Counted from the first letter of the stretch, positions 40,939 to 51,570 are shown. The stretch is DNA of 64,000 nt from an uncultured Solirubrobacteraceae bacterium (GCA_964588985.1 CAZPQW010000002.1:128001-192000), one strand, 5' to 3'. The notes: generated by a model not told the origin, from the letters alone. A program made the numbers and translations.

Positions 40939-40992
40939 TGAGTCTCCTCTGGTAGGGCTGACTTGGACCTTCTGACTTCACCTTAGCGGTGA

Positions 40993-42864
40993 CTAAGCAG
41001 CAGCCTGCGACGCCCAGTCGCGATACAGCTCGTAATAGCGCCCCTCGGCCGCGATCAGCTCGTCGTGGGTGCCCTGCTCGGCGATCCTCCCGTGCTCGAG
41101 CACCACGATCCGGCCCGCCTGGCGGATGGTCGAGAGGCGGTGTGCGATCACGATCGACGTGCGTCCGGCGAGCAGGCGGCGCAGGCCCTGCTCGATGCGC
41201 GCCTCGGAGTGCAGGTCCACGTTCGAGGTCGCCTCGTCGAGCACGAGGATGCGCGGGTCGGCGATCAGCGCGCGCGCGAACGCGACCAGCTGGCGCTGCC
41301 CGGCGGACAGCTGCGAGCCGCGCTCGCCGACTTCGGTGTCGTAGCCGTGGGCGAGCTCGGAGATGAACTCCTCCGCGCCCACCGCGGCCGCCGCCGCGCG
41401 GATCTGGCTCTCGTCCGCGTCCGGTCGCCCGAACGCGATGTTCTCCGCGACGGTGCCGGAGAACAGGAACGCCTCCTGCGGCACGATCCCCATCTGCGAG
41501 CGAAGCGAGCTGCTCGCGACGTCACGCAGGTCGTGCCCGTCGACGAGCACCCGCCCCTCGGTGGGGTCGTAGAAGCGCGCCACGAGCTTCGCCATCGTCG
41601 ACTTGCCCGCGCCGGTGGCGCCCACCAGTGCAACCGTCTGCCCGGGCGGGATCGACAGGGTGACGTGGTCGAGCGCGAGCACCTGCTCGGCCTCCGGCTC
41701 CGGCGCCGCGCCGGGCTCAGCGACAGCGCGTTTGACCGGCCGGCGGGCGTAGGCGAAGGACACGTCCTCGAACTCGACCCCGCCGCGGATCCGCCCGAGC
41801 TCGAACGCGCCGTGGCGGTCCTCGAGGTCGGGGCGCACGTCGAGCAGCTGGAAGATCTTCTCCAGCGCCGCCATCCCCGACTGGTAGGTCGCATACAGCT
41901 GGGAGAGCTGCTGGATCGGGTCGAACAGGTTCGACAGCGCGGCCACGAACGCGACGACCGTGCCGACCGTGATGTGACCTTCGATCGCCTGCAGGCCGCC
42001 GTAGAGGACGATCATCGCGACCGCCACGCCGGAGAGCATTTCCACGGTCGGGAAGTACGCCGCGTTGAGTCGCACCGTCGTCATGTTCGCGTCGGAGTTG
42101 TCCTGGTTCAGCTCCGTGAAGCGCTCCACGTGATGGCGCTCCTGGGCGAAGGAGCGCACCACCCGGATGCCCGACAGCGTCTCCTGCAGGTAGGAGGTGA
42201 TCGCGCCGATCGTCTCACGGGTGCGCCGGAACGCGCCGGCGGAGACGATCCGGAACCACAGCGACCCGGCCACCACGAGCGGCAGCACCAGGAACGTCAG
42301 CAGCGCGAGCTTCACGTCGAGCACCAGCAGGATGCCCACGGTGCCGAGCAGCGTGAGCCCGGACTGGAACAGCGTCACCACCGAGTCCGTCACGAGGCTG
42401 TCGAGCGCCTCCACGTCGTTGGTCATGCGCGAGATCAGCACGCCCGCCGGGCGCGTGTCGTAGAAGCCGATCGGCAGCGTCTGCAGGTGGGTGAAGATGC
42501 GGATGCGCAGGTCGGCGAGCACGCGCTGGCCGACCCAGCCGACGAGGTAGGTCTGCACGTAGGTCATCGCCCACACGAGCACCGCCGCGACGAGGAACGC
42601 GGCCACCACGAGCGCGAGCGTGTTCGTGTCGTGCTTGCCGATGCCGTCGTCGATCGCGGCCTTCGCCAGCAGCGGCGGCGCGAGCGCCGCGCCGGTGCCG
42701 AGTATCAACGCGACGAGCGTCACGGTCGCGCGCGTGCGGTAGGGGCCGATCAGCCGCAGAAGGCCGCGCAGGTTGCGCCCGCGAGTGCCCTTGCTCGCGC
42801 GCTCGCCGGTCCATTCCGAGCCGGGGCCGCGCCCGCCGGGGCCTCTGTGGACGGCCGGGCTCAC
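40993..42864 (-). CDS. ABC exporter half-transporter (TMD+NBD), consensus Walker B
   Basis: GATGAGKS, LSAGQRQ and LDEATS. Confidence 0.94.
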   Translation of the reverse strand: MSPAVHRGPGGRGPGSEWTGERASKGTRGRNLRGLLRLIGPYRTRATVTLVALILGTGAALAPPLLAKAAIDDGIGKHDTNTLALVVAAFLVAAVLVWAMTYVQTYLVGWVGQRVLADLRIRIFTHLQTLPIGFYDTRPAGVLISRMTNDVEALDSLVTDSVVTLFQSGLTLLGTVGILLVLDVKLALLTFLVLPLVVAGSLWFRIVSAGAFRRTRETIGAITSYLQETLSGIRVVRSFAQERHHVERFTELNQDNSDANMTTVRLNAAYFPTVEMLSGVAVAMIVLYGGLQAIEGHITVGTVVAFVAALSNLFDPIQQLSQLYATYQSGMAALEKIFQLLDVRPDLEDRHGAFELGRIRGGVEFEDVSFAYARRPVKRAVAEPGAAPEPEAEQVLALDHVTLSIPPGQTVALVGATGAGKSTMAKLVARFYDPTEGRVLVDGHDLRDVASSSLRSQMGIVPQEAFLFSGTVAENIAFGRPDADESQIRAAAAAVGAEEFISELAHGYDTEVGERGSQLSAGQRQLVAFARALIADPRILVLDEATSNVDLHSEARIEQGLRRLLAGRTSIVIAHRLSTIRQAGRIVVLEHGRIAEQGTHDELIAAEGRYYELYRDWASQAAA

Positions 42865-44756
42865 AGCCCGCTCACCTCACGTTCCAATGGAGCGCGTGTC
42901 ATGAACACCTGGTCGGGCAACCCCTTTTCGACGATTTCGCGATACAGCTCGGAGGCGTCGAGCAGTTCGTGGTGGTCGCCGTGCGCGACGATCCGCCCGT
43001 GGTCGAGCACCACGATCTCATCCGCCAGCGAGATCGTCGACAGGCGGTGGGCGATCACGAACGTCGTGCGGCCCGCCATCGCCTCGTCCAAAGCGAGCTT
43101 GATGTTCTGCTCGGTCGACGCGTCGACCGCGGAGGTCGCGTCGTCGAGGATCAGCACGCGCGGGTCGGCCAGCAGCGCGCGCGCGATCGCGATCCGCTGG
43201 CGCTGGCCACCCGACAGCGACAGTCCGCGCTCGCCGACGCGCGTGTCGAAGCCCTGCGGCAGATCCATCACGAAGTCGTAAGCCTGAGCGCGGCGCGCCG
43301 CGGCCTCGACCTCCTCGAAGCTAGCGGTGGGGCGGCCGTAGGCGATGTTCTCGGCGACCGACGCGGAGAACAGGAACGGGTCGTCGCTGACGATCGCCAC
43401 CGCTTCGCGCAGCGAGCTGAGGCTGACCGTGCGGATGTCCGCGCCGTCGAGCAGCACCCGCCCCTCGCTCGCTTCGTAGAGCCGCGAGATCAGGTACACG
43501 AGGCTCGTCTTGCCCGAGCCGGTGGCGCCCACGAGCGCCACGGTGCTGCCGGCGGCGATGTCGAGGTCGATGTCGCTGAGGACCGCCCGGACTGGTCGCG
43601 CCGCGCCGTTGCCGTTGGCTGTCTCGAGCGACAGCGTGTGCTCGCCCGGCGCGACGTAGGTGGCGCCGAAGTCGTCGTGGTCGTCGTAGCGGAGCGTCAC
43701 GCCGCGGAGCTCAACGTGACCGGTTCCGGGAGGCAGCGGCGGCGCGTCGGGCTCCTCGAGGATGCGCGGCTCGCGGTCGAGCACCTGGAAGATGCGCGCG
43801 CCGGACGCGGTCGCGCGCTGGGCGAGGCCGAGCAGCATCCCGAGCGAGCGCATCGGCCCGATCAGCAGGTTGAGGTAGAGGTAGAAGCTGGTGAACTGGG
43901 CGAGGGTGAGGTGGCTGTGGATCACGCTGCGACCGCCGATCAAGAGCACCGCCGCGAGCCCAAGCTGGGGCAGGAAGCCAATCATCGGGTTGTACTTCGC
44001 CTCCAGGCGCGTCGCGACCATCGCCTGGTCGAACACGCGCGAGACGCTGTGGCGGAAGCGCTCGAGCTGGCGCGGCTCGCGCGCGAAGGACTTCACCACG
44101 CGCACGCCCGAGATGTTCTCCTCGACGTCCGCCGTCAGCTCCGCGATCCGCTGCTGGACCTCCTGCACCGCGGGGCGCGCGCTGCGCCCGTAGCGCTGGG
44201 AGATGAACACCACGAACGGCACCGGCGCCATCGCGATCAGGCCCAGCCCAGGGTTGATGAGGATCATCGCGATACCGGCCAGCAGCAGCGTGAGGATCGA
44301 CTGCAGGATGAACACGAGCCCGTAGCCGAGGAAGAAGCGCACCGCCTGCAGGTCGACGGTCCCGCGCGACATCAGCTGTCCCGTCTGCTGGCGGTCGAAG
44401 AAGCTCAGCTCCAGGCGCTGGAAGTGGCCGTAGAGCAGGTTGCGCAGGTCGACTTCGATCGCCAGCGACATCCGCCCGGCGATCATCCGGCGTGTGTACG
44501 TGAGCGCCCAGCGCGCGAGCACCGCGCCCGCGATCACGAGCGCGAGCACCAGCAGCGTGTGGCGGTCGTGCGCGCGCAGCGCGAGCTGATGGCGTTCGGC
44601 GTGGGCGCCGCCCCGCTTGATGGCGGCTACGGCGAGACCGATCAGATACGGCATCAGCACGGTCATCACCATCGCGAGGCTCGCCAGCAGCCACGACGCG
44701 ATCAGCCCCCGCTTGTAGGGGCGCAGAAATCCCAGTAGTCGGTAGAAGGTACTCAT
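42861..44756 (-). CDS. ABC exporter half-transporter, degenerate Walker B (heterodimer partner)
   Basis: GATGSGKT, LSGGQRQ and LDDATS. Confidence 0.94.
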   Translation of the reverse strand: MSTFYRLLGFLRPYKRGLIASWLLASLAMVMTVLMPYLIGLAVAAIKRGGAHAERHQLALRAHDRHTLLVLALVIAGAVLARWALTYTRRMIAGRMSLAIEVDLRNLLYGHFQRLELSFFDRQQTGQLMSRGTVDLQAVRFFLGYGLVFILQSILTLLLAGIAMILINPGLGLIAMAPVPFVVFISQRYGRSARPAVQEVQQRIAELTADVEENISGVRVVKSFAREPRQLERFRHSVSRVFDQAMVATRLEAKYNPMIGFLPQLGLAAVLLIGGRSVIHSHLTLAQFTSFYLYLNLLIGPMRSLGMLLGLAQRATASGARIFQVLDREPRILEEPDAPPLPPGTGHVELRGVTLRYDDHDDFGATYVAPGEHTLSLETANGNGAARPVRAVLSDIDLDIAAGSTVALVGATGSGKTSLVYLISRLYEASEGRVLLDGADIRTVSLSSLREAVAIVSDDPFLFSASVAENIAYGRPTASFEEVEAAARRAQAYDFVMDLPQGFDTRVGERGLSLSGGQRQRIAIARALLADPRVLILDDATSAVDASTEQNIKLALDEAMAGRTTFVIAHRLSTISLADEIVVLDHGRIVAHGDHHELLDASELYREIVEKGLPDQVFMTRAPLEREVSGL

Positions 44757-44826
44757 AGTTGTGCGATCAACGAGTATCGCAGCCCGGCGCGAACGTCACC
44801 GGACGCCGCGCGCTTAAGCTTGATCC

Positions 44827-45030
44827 GTGCCCGATCCAGCGAGCCCGACACCCCGTCGCACCGGTCCCGCCGGGCTGTGCGAAACGTGCGCGCACCTGCA
44901 GGAGGTCCGCAACACCCGCGGCTCGACCTTCTACCTGTGCCGGCGCTCACGCGAGGACCCCGCCTACCCGCGCTACCCGCGCCTGCCGGTGCTGGAGTGC
45001 CGCGGGCACGAGCTCAGACAGCTGCCGTGA
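44827..45030 (+). CDS. Small Cys-rich putative metal-binding protein
   Basis: GLCETCAH...GSTFYLC......YPRYPRLPVLECRG with GC-rich codon usage. Confidence 0.6.
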   Translation: MPDPASPTPRRTGPAGLCETCAHLQEVRNTRGSTFYLCRRSREDPAYPRYPRLPVLECRGHELRQLP

Positions 45031-46582
45031 CCGCCGTCTCGGGCGGCGGCGCCGTGGGAGGCTGGCCCGAGGAGACGAAGTCGCGGCTGCGCACGAGCAC
45101 GAACGCTAGGACGCCGCCGACGATCGCCACCAGCGCGGCGATCGTCGCGATCGTCGTGAACGCTCCGGTGAACCCGACGCGGTAGGAGTGCACGAGGGCC
45201 GTGTGCGCCGCGGGGGAGAGCGAGCGCGCGAAGTGGGCGACTTCGCCGGACTCGAGGATCGTCGCGAGCTGTCCGTGCGCGGCGCTCGCGACTTCGCTCG
45301 CGTGGCCGCTGAGAGCCAGCGTGGCGTGGGTGCCCTTGGTGACGCTGTGCTGGAAGATCGCGCCGAGGCCCGCGATCCCGGTGGCGATGCCGACCTGGCG
45401 GAACGTGGAGTTGATCCCGGAGGCCATGCCGCTGCGCTCGTGCGGCACCACGCCGATCGCGGTCGAGGCGAGCGGCGGGTTGATCATGCCGATGCCCGCG
45501 CCGCCGAGCAGGAAGCCGGGGATCAGCACGGTCCAGCTCGAGCTGGCGCTGACGACGGTCATCGCCAGCAGGCCAACCCCCGCGAGCAGGAGGCCCGAGC
45601 CGAGCAGCAGGCGCACGGGGACGCGCACGCTCAGCTTGCCCGCGACAGGGGCGACCGCGAAGGACAGCAGCGTCACCGGCAGGAAGCGCAGGCCGGCCTG
45701 CAGCGGGCTGAAGCCGAGCACGTCCTGGATGTAGAGCGTCAGGTACAGGAACATCGCGAAGAACGACGCGGAGATCGCGAACGCGACGATGTTCGCGCCG
45801 GCGAACGCGGGGCGGCGGAACAGCGCGAGGTCGAGCATCGGGCGCTTCTGCAGGTGCTCGAACAGCACAAACGCCACCAGCAGCACCGCGGAGATGGCCA
45901 GCAGGGCGACGATCTCGGTCGAGCCCCAGCCCTTTTCGTTGCCCTGCACGAGCGCCAGCACGAGTAGGAACAGCGACGCGGAGAACGTCACCAGGCCCGC
46001 CCAGTCGACGCCCGTGGCGTTCGGGTCGCGCGAGTCGGCGACCTTGGTGAGCGTGACGAACACCGCGACCGCGCCGATCGGCACGTTTACGAAGAAGATC
46101 CACTGCCAGCCGATGCCCGACGTGATGACACCGCCGAGCACAGGCCCGACGGCGACAGCCGCGCCGGTGACGGCGCCGAACACGCCGAACGCGGTCCCGC
46201 GCTCCTTGCCGTGGAACGCCGCCGCGAGCAGCGCGAGCGAGGTGGCGAACATCATCGCGCCGCCGGTCCCCTGCACCGCGCGCGCGAGGTTCAGCATCAG
46301 CGGCGACGTGGACAGGCCGCACAGCGCCGAGGCGGCGGTGAACACGACCAGGCCGGCGACGAACACGCGCTTGCGCCCGATCAGGTCCGAGACCGAGCCG
46401 GCCGTCAGCAGGAACGCCGCGAGCGTCAGCGAGTAGGCGTTCACGACCCACTGCAGGTCGGAGAAGGAGGAGTGCAGCGAGCGCTGGATGTCGGGCAGCG
46501 CGACGTTCACCACGGTGATGTCCAGCAGCAGCATGAAGATCGCGACGCAGACCGCGATCAGGGTCCACCATTTGTGCTCCAA
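45014..46582 (-). CDS. MFS DHA2 (14-TM) efflux transporter
   Basis: LDITVVNVALP, GSVSDLIGRK and NVPIG; GGGAGG RBS precedes the TTG start. Confidence 0.93.
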   Translation of the reverse strand: MEHKWWTLIAVCVAIFMLLLDITVVNVALPDIQRSLHSSFSDLQWVVNAYSLTLAAFLLTAGSVSDLIGRKRVFVAGLVVFTAASALCGLSTSPLMLNLARAVQGTGGAMMFATSLALLAAAFHGKERGTAFGVFGAVTGAAVAVGPVLGGVITSGIGWQWIFFVNVPIGAVAVFVTLTKVADSRDPNATGVDWAGLVTFSASLFLLVLALVQGNEKGWGSTEIVALLAISAVLLVAFVLFEHLQKRPMLDLALFRRPAFAGANIVAFAISASFFAMFLYLTLYIQDVLGFSPLQAGLRFLPVTLLSFAVAPVAGKLSVRVPVRLLLGSGLLLAGVGLLAMTVVSASSSWTVLIPGFLLGGAGIGMINPPLASTAIGVVPHERSGMASGINSTFRQVGIATGIAGLGAIFQHSVTKGTHATLALSGHASEVASAAHGQLATILESGEVAHFARSLSPAAHTALVHSYRVGFTGAFTTIATIAALVAIVGGVLAFVLVRSRDFVSSGQPPTAPPPETAVTAAV

Positions 46583-46584
46583 GG

Positions 46585-47403
46585 TCAGTCCCCTCCCAGG
46601 TGGCGCGCGAAGAACGGGACGATCTCCTGCCACAGCTTCGCCGCGGGGCCGGGACGGTAGGTGGGGCGGTGGTCGGCGATGAACGCGTGGCCCGCGCCCT
46701 CGTACAGGTCCACCTGCACCTCCCAGCCGCTTTCCGTCGCCCGCTCGCGCAGCTGCTCGCCGAGCTCGGGCGAGGGGTTGTGGTCCTCCGCGCCGACCGC
46801 CGCGAGCAGTGGGCAGGTGAGCTTCGGCGCGAGGTCGAGCGGCGGAGTGGGGCGCTCGGGGGTGGAGCGCTCCTCGATCGTCGCTTTGTCGATGAACCCG
46901 CCCCAGCAGTCGACGGCCGCGTCGAGGCGGTCGCTCGCGCCCGCGAACAGCAGCGTGTAGCGCCCGCCCATGCAGAAGCCGATGCAGCCGACCCTGCCGG
47001 TGGCGTCCTCCCGGGCGCGCAGGAAGTCCGCCGCGCCCTCGAGGTCGCCGAGCACGCGCTCGTCGGGGATCGAGAACAGCCGCTCCATGATCGCCTGCAT
47101 GTCGCCGATCGGCGGCGCGCTGCCTTCGCGTGTGTAGAGGTCGACGCCGAGCGCGACGTAGCCGAGGTTGGCGAAGCGGTTGGTCATGTCGCGGATGTGC
47201 TCGCCGAGACCGCCCGCCTCGTGGATCACGATCACCGCCGCGCGCTTGTCGCCGGGCTCGAGATCTGAGGGTAACGCGAGGTACCCGTTGATGGGCGTCC
47301 CGCCCGAGCCGGGGAACGTGAGGTCCTCGGCCACGACGCGCGAGGGGTCCGTCACCGCGCCGGGTACGCCCTCGGGGCTCGCCTTGACATCCGCGTTCGT
47401 CAT
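46585..47403 (-). CDS. Dienelactone hydrolase family protein
   Basis: IHE, GFCMGG nucleophile and YEGAGHAF. Confidence 0.92.
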   Translation of the reverse strand: MTNADVKASPEGVPGAVTDPSRVVAEDLTFPGSGGTPINGYLALPSDLEPGDKRAAVIVIHEAGGLGEHIRDMTNRFANLGYVALGVDLYTREGSAPPIGDMQAIMERLFSIPDERVLGDLEGAADFLRAREDATGRVGCIGFCMGGRYTLLFAGASDRLDAAVDCWGGFIDKATIEERSTPERPTPPLDLAPKLTCPLLAAVGAEDHNPSPELGEQLRERATESGWEVQVDLYEGAGHAFIADHRPTYRPGPAAKLWQEIVPFFARHLGGD

Positions 47404-47425
47404 CTGTCTCCTACCTTCGCATCTT

Positions 47426-48262
47426 TCACAGGATCGCCTTGGGGTACGCGCGCGTGGCCGCCACGAGCATCGCCGCAAAGAAGCCGATCACGACGAGGAA
47501 GTCGAGCCACACCTCGCCCGACCCGCCGACGCCGACGAGCATCTGGCGCAGCCCCTGGACCTCGTACGTGAGCGGGTTCACGCGTGCGACCACGTGCAGC
47601 CAGCCGGGCATCAGGCTCAGCGGATAGAGCGCGCTGGAGGCGAAGAACAGCGGCATCATGATCAGCTGCCCGATGCCCATGAAGCGCTCGCGCTCCTTCA
47701 CCGCGGCGGCGAGCAGCATCGACATGCACGCGAACGCGGCCGTGCCGAGCATCAGCATCGCGAGCGTCCCGAGGATCCCGCCGACGTTCCAGCGCACGCC
47801 GATCCCGGCGACCGCGAGCACGACGAGCAGCAGCAGCGCCTGCACGAGCGCACGCACGCACGCGCCGGCTGCCTTGCCGAGCACGATCGAGCTGCGCGAC
47901 AGGGGGGTGGCGAGCAGCCGCTGGAGCTGGCCGACATCGCGCTCCCAGATCACCGACAGGCCGTAGAAGATCGCGATGAACATCGCCGCCTGCGCCATCA
48001 CGCCGGGGGCGAGGTAGGCGCGGTAGTCGGAGGTGCCAGCCGTGAGCGCGCTGTTGTGCTGCAGCGCGGTGCCGAAGATGAACAGCCACAAAAGCGGCTG
48101 CACCGAGCGGGTGACGATGTCGAGGTGGTCGTGGCGGAGCTTTCGCATCTCCGCCTGCGCCATCGCGAGGGTGCCCTCGACCATCCGCGAGACGGGGCCC
48201 TGGACGAGCGCCTGCGGGCGCTCAACCGAGACGGCGGGCGACGCTGCGCTGGGCGCGGACAT
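47426..48262 (-). CDS. ABC-2 type permease
   Basis: YLAPG, WERDVG and NPLTYEV. Confidence 0.9.
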   Translation of the reverse strand: MSAPSAASPAVSVERPQALVQGPVSRMVEGTLAMAQAEMRKLRHDHLDIVTRSVQPLLWLFIFGTALQHNSALTAGTSDYRAYLAPGVMAQAAMFIAIFYGLSVIWERDVGQLQRLLATPLSRSSIVLGKAAGACVRALVQALLLLVVLAVAGIGVRWNVGGILGTLAMLMLGTAAFACMSMLLAAAVKERERFMGIGQLIMMPLFFASSALYPLSLMPGWLHVVARVNPLTYEVQGLRQMLVGVGGSGEVWLDFLVVIGFFAAMLVAATRAYPKAIL

Positions 48263-49034
48263 CGGCGAGCCTCCCTTCCTCGTCGTCCTCGTGCTCTGCG
48301 ATCGGCCGGCCGGTGACGGCGCTGAAGACGTCTTCGAGGCTGTCCGCGCCGTGGCGCTCGAGCAGCTCGGCGGGCTCGCCCTGCTCGACCAGCCGTCCGC
48401 GGTCGATCACCGCGAGGCGGTCGCAGTGGCGCTCGGCCTCCTCCATCAGGTGGGTGGTGACGAGGATCGTGGTTCCGGCCTGCTCGCGCAGCGCTCCGAG
48501 GCGCTCCCACACCATCGTGCGCGCGTTCGGGTCCAGGCCCACGGTTGGCTCGTCGAGGAACAGCACCTTCGGGCGGTTGAGCAGGGCGCTGGCGATCTCC
48601 AGGCGGCGCAGCATCCCGCCGGAGAGCGTGCGCGCGAGACGCTCGAGCATCGGCTCCAGCTCCATCGTCTCGACGACCTCCGCGATCCGCTCGCGCCGCG
48701 CGCGGCGCGGCACGCCGCTCACTCGCCCGTAGAAGTCGAGGTTCTCATACGCGGTGAGCGCGCCGTCGACGGAGATCGCCTGCGGGATGTAGCCGATCGA
48801 CGCGCGCACCGCGAGGGAGTCGCGGCTGACGTCATAGCCGGCGACGAGCGCGCGCCCCTCGCTCGGCGCGAGCAGCGTCGTGAGCACGCGGATCGTGGTG
48901 GTCTTGCCCGCGCCGTTGGGACCGAGTAGGCCAAACACCTCGCCGGGGGCGACCGCGAAGGAGACGCCGCCGACGGCTTCGAGGTCGTCGAAGCGCACGA
49001 CGAGGCCGTCGACGAGAACCGCGGGGGAGCTCAC
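48222..49034 (-). CDS. ABC ATP-binding protein (DrrA-like)
   Basis: GPNGAGKT, LSGGM and LDEPTVGLD. Confidence 0.92.
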   Translation of the reverse strand: MSSPAVLVDGLVVRFDDLEAVGGVSFAVAPGEVFGLLGPNGAGKTTTIRVLTTLLAPSEGRALVAGYDVSRDSLAVRASIGYIPQAISVDGALTAYENLDFYGRVSGVPRRARRERIAEVVETMELEPMLERLARTLSGGMLRRLEIASALLNRPKVLFLDEPTVGLDPNARTMVWERLGALREQAGTTILVTTHLMEEAERHCDRLAVIDRGRLVEQGEPAELLERHGADSLEDVFSAVTGRPIAEHEDDEEGRLADVRAQRSVARRLG

Positions 49035-49507
49035 GCCTGCCCGCTGAGCTCGAGGGAGGCTTCGCGCAGCTTTCGCTTCACCCGCTTGCGCGTGTCGCAC
49101 AGCTCCTGCTCCAGCTTCGCCAGCTCCGAGGCGCGGTGGCGGACGAGCTCGAGCTGGCGGTCGATGTGGCCGAGCGCCTCGCCGAGCAGCTCGCGGCGGC
49201 GCGGAGCGTCGACGTCGTCGCGCCTGAGCTGCGCACGCACCTCCGCGCGCGCCTCCTCAGCGGTGAGCAGCGTCTTCAGCTCCTCCAGGGTGACGCCGAG
49301 CAGGTGCTTCAAGCGCATCACCTCGCGCAGCCGCTCGACCTCCTCCTGCGTGTAGATGCGGTGCTGGCCGGAGGGGCGCGCGGACGCCTCGGGGAGCAGT
49401 CCGATCTCCTCGTAGTAGCGGATCGTGCGCGGCGTGGTGCCCGCGAGTCGGGCGACGTCGCCGATGCGCAGGCCCTCGCGAGGGGCGGGTGGGGTGGGGG
49501 GGCTCAT
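49031..49507 (-). CDS. MerR family regulator
   Basis: LRIGDVARLAGTTPRTIRYYEEIGLL. Confidence 0.93.
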   Translation of the reverse strand: MSPPTPPAPREGLRIGDVARLAGTTPRTIRYYEEIGLLPEASARPSGQHRIYTQEEVERLREVMRLKHLLGVTLEELKTLLTAEEARAEVRAQLRRDDVDAPRRRELLGEALGHIDRQLELVRHRASELAKLEQELCDTRKRVKRKLREASLELSGQA

Positions 49508-51027
49508 CGCGTCGGCGCGGGGAGCGCGACCCCGTCCTCCGAGCCGGACTGCACATGGGAGGGACGCAGCAGGCAGACGAACACGCCCACGAACGAGACC
49601 GCGGCGAGCACCCACAGCGCGGCGTGCATGTTGGCGATGAACGGCGCTAGCTTCGCCGCGGAGAGGCCCTTGGTGACGCCTGAGAAGATCGCGAACAGCG
49701 TCGCTTTGGGGATGGCGGAGGTGACGACCGCCATCACGAACGCGATCGACAGGACCGCGCCGGTGTTCTGCAGCAGCGTGCGCGCGCCGGCCGCGATCCC
49801 GCGCCGGTGCGCGGGCACGACGCCCATCATGGCGGCGGTGTTGGGGCTGTTGAACATCCCCGAGCCGGCCCCAACGAAGAGGAGCCACAGGGCGCTCTGC
49901 CAGTAGGCGGTGTGGACCTGCAGCGTCGTCATCGCGGCGAGGCCGACGGCGCTGACCAGCATGCCGATCGCGGCGAGCGCGCGCGAGCCGTGGCGGTCGG
50001 CGTAGATGCCCGCGATCGGGGAGGCGACGAGCATTCCGAGCGCGAGCGGGATCAGCTTGATGCCGGCCGTGATCGGGGTGTTGCCCTGGGCGCCCTGGTA
50101 GTAGAAGACGAACAGGAACATCAGCGCGAAGCGGGCGAGGCCGTTGATGAACGCGGCGGCGCTGGCGGCGGCGAACAGGCGGTTGCGGAACAGCCCGAGG
50201 TCGAGCATCGGCGCGCGCGAGCGGCGCTCGATGAGCACCCACAGCGGCAGCAGCACGGCGGCCGCTGTGAGCCCGACGATCACGATCGTGTCGTTCCAGC
50301 CGCTGAGCCCGCCGCGCGAAACGCCGAGCACGAGGCCCGTGAGGCCGATCACGAACGTGGTCGTGCCGAGCACGTCGTAGCCGCGCACGGAGTCCGGTTT
50401 GGCGAGCTCGCGCAGGATCAGCGCGCCCCACGCGGCGCCCGCGAGCGCGAACGGCACGTTGAACCAGAACACCCAGTGCCACGAGATCGCCACGAGCGCG
50501 CCGCCGAGCACCGGGCCGAGCACGAGCCCGACCGCCGCGACCATCGTGTTCGCGCCCATCGCCAGGCCCAGCTGCTCGTGCGGGAAGGCGTCGGTGACGA
50601 GCGCCGCGGCGTTCGCGAACAGGAACGCCGAGCCGATGCCCTGCAGGACCCGCCACACGATCAGCACCGTCGCGTCGCCCGAGAAGCCCGCGCCGAGCGA
50701 CGCGAGCGCGAACGCCACGAAACCGCCCACGTAGGCGCGCTTGCGCCCGAACAGGTCGCTCAGGCGACCGGCCATCAGCACGAGCACGGTCGCGGCTATG
50801 AGGTAGGCGAGGATCACCCACACGAGCGCTAGCAGGCTCGCGTGCAGCGAGCGCTCGAGGTCGGGCAGCGCGATGATCAGCGTGCCCGAGTTGGTGGCCG
50901 CGAGCAGCATCCCCAGACTCGTGCAGGAGAGCGCCCACCACTTGTAGTTCTCATGCCCCGCGGCAACACCGAAACGCGACCCGAGATCTCTATCAGAGGT
51001 CTTTGGACGCTGTGCTGTGACGCTCAT
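49504..51027 (-). CDS. MFS DHA2 efflux transporter
   Basis: GRLSDLFGRK, WVFWFNVP and about 14 TM segments. Confidence 0.92.
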   Translation of the reverse strand: MSVTAQRPKTSDRDLGSRFGVAAGHENYKWWALSCTSLGMLLAATNSGTLIIALPDLERSLHASLLALVWVILAYLIAATVLVLMAGRLSDLFGRKRAYVGGFVAFALASLGAGFSGDATVLIVWRVLQGIGSAFLFANAAALVTDAFPHEQLGLAMGANTMVAAVGLVLGPVLGGALVAISWHWVFWFNVPFALAGAAWGALILRELAKPDSVRGYDVLGTTTFVIGLTGLVLGVSRGGLSGWNDTIVIVGLTAAAVLLPLWVLIERRSRAPMLDLGLFRNRLFAAASAAAFINGLARFALMFLFVFYYQGAQGNTPITAGIKLIPLALGMLVASPIAGIYADRHGSRALAAIGMLVSAVGLAAMTTLQVHTAYWQSALWLLFVGAGSGMFNSPNTAAMMGVVPAHRRGIAAGARTLLQNTGAVLSIAFVMAVVTSAIPKATLFAIFSGVTKGLSAAKLAPFIANMHAALWVLAAVSFVGVFVCLLRPSHVQSGSEDGVALPAPTR

Positions 51028-51058
51028 CTCGGTGCTCCCACGGTGCGTTGTGTAAAAA

Positions 51059-51074
51059 CTGACGTGAACGTAAG
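51059..51074. promoter_or_regulatory. MerR-type dyad operator
   Basis: CTGACGT-GA-ACGTAAG imperfect palindrome upstream of the MFS-merR-ABC operon. Confidence 0.55.
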
Positions 51075-51137
51075 GATTAAGATGTTAGCACGGGTCGGTG
51101 GGCGCTCCGGCGGGCGCGGAGTGCTAAAACGTGCGTC

Positions 51138-51557
51138 ATGTCCTCAGACGGGCCGAACGTCGTGAAGTCCGACAGCGAGTGGCGCGAGCAGCTCACGCCG
51201 GAGCAGTACGAGGTGCTGCGCAAGGCCGGCACCGAGGCGCCGTTCACGGGCGAGTACGTCTACAACAAGGACTCCGGCGACTACCGCTGCGCGGCCTGCG
51301 ACGCGGTGCTGTTCACGGCTGAGACGAAGTTCGACTCCGGCACTGGCTGGCCGAGCTTCACCGAGCCGGCGGTCGCCGAAGCGGTCGAGCTGCGCCCCGA
51401 CAACAGCCTGTTCATGCGCCGCACCGAGGTCGTGTGCCGCAACTGCGGCGGGCACCTCGGCCACGTCTTCGACGACGGGCCCGGCCCGACCGGACAGCGC
51501 TACTGCATCAACTCCGCCGCGCTGGCGTTCCAGCCCGCGGACGGCTCCTCCGAGTAG
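51138..51557 (+). CDS. msrB: Methionine-R-sulfoxide reductase
   Basis: [28 protein letters not shown] and RYCINS. Confidence 0.97.
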   Translation: MSSDGPNVVKSDSEWREQLTPEQYEVLRKAGTEAPFTGEYVYNKDSGDYRCAACDAVLFTAETKFDSGTGWPSFTEPAVAEAVELRPDNSLFMRRTEVVCRNCGGHLGHVFDDGPGPTGQRYCINSAALAFQPADGSSE

Positions 51558-51570
51558 CCTTCACGCTCCG

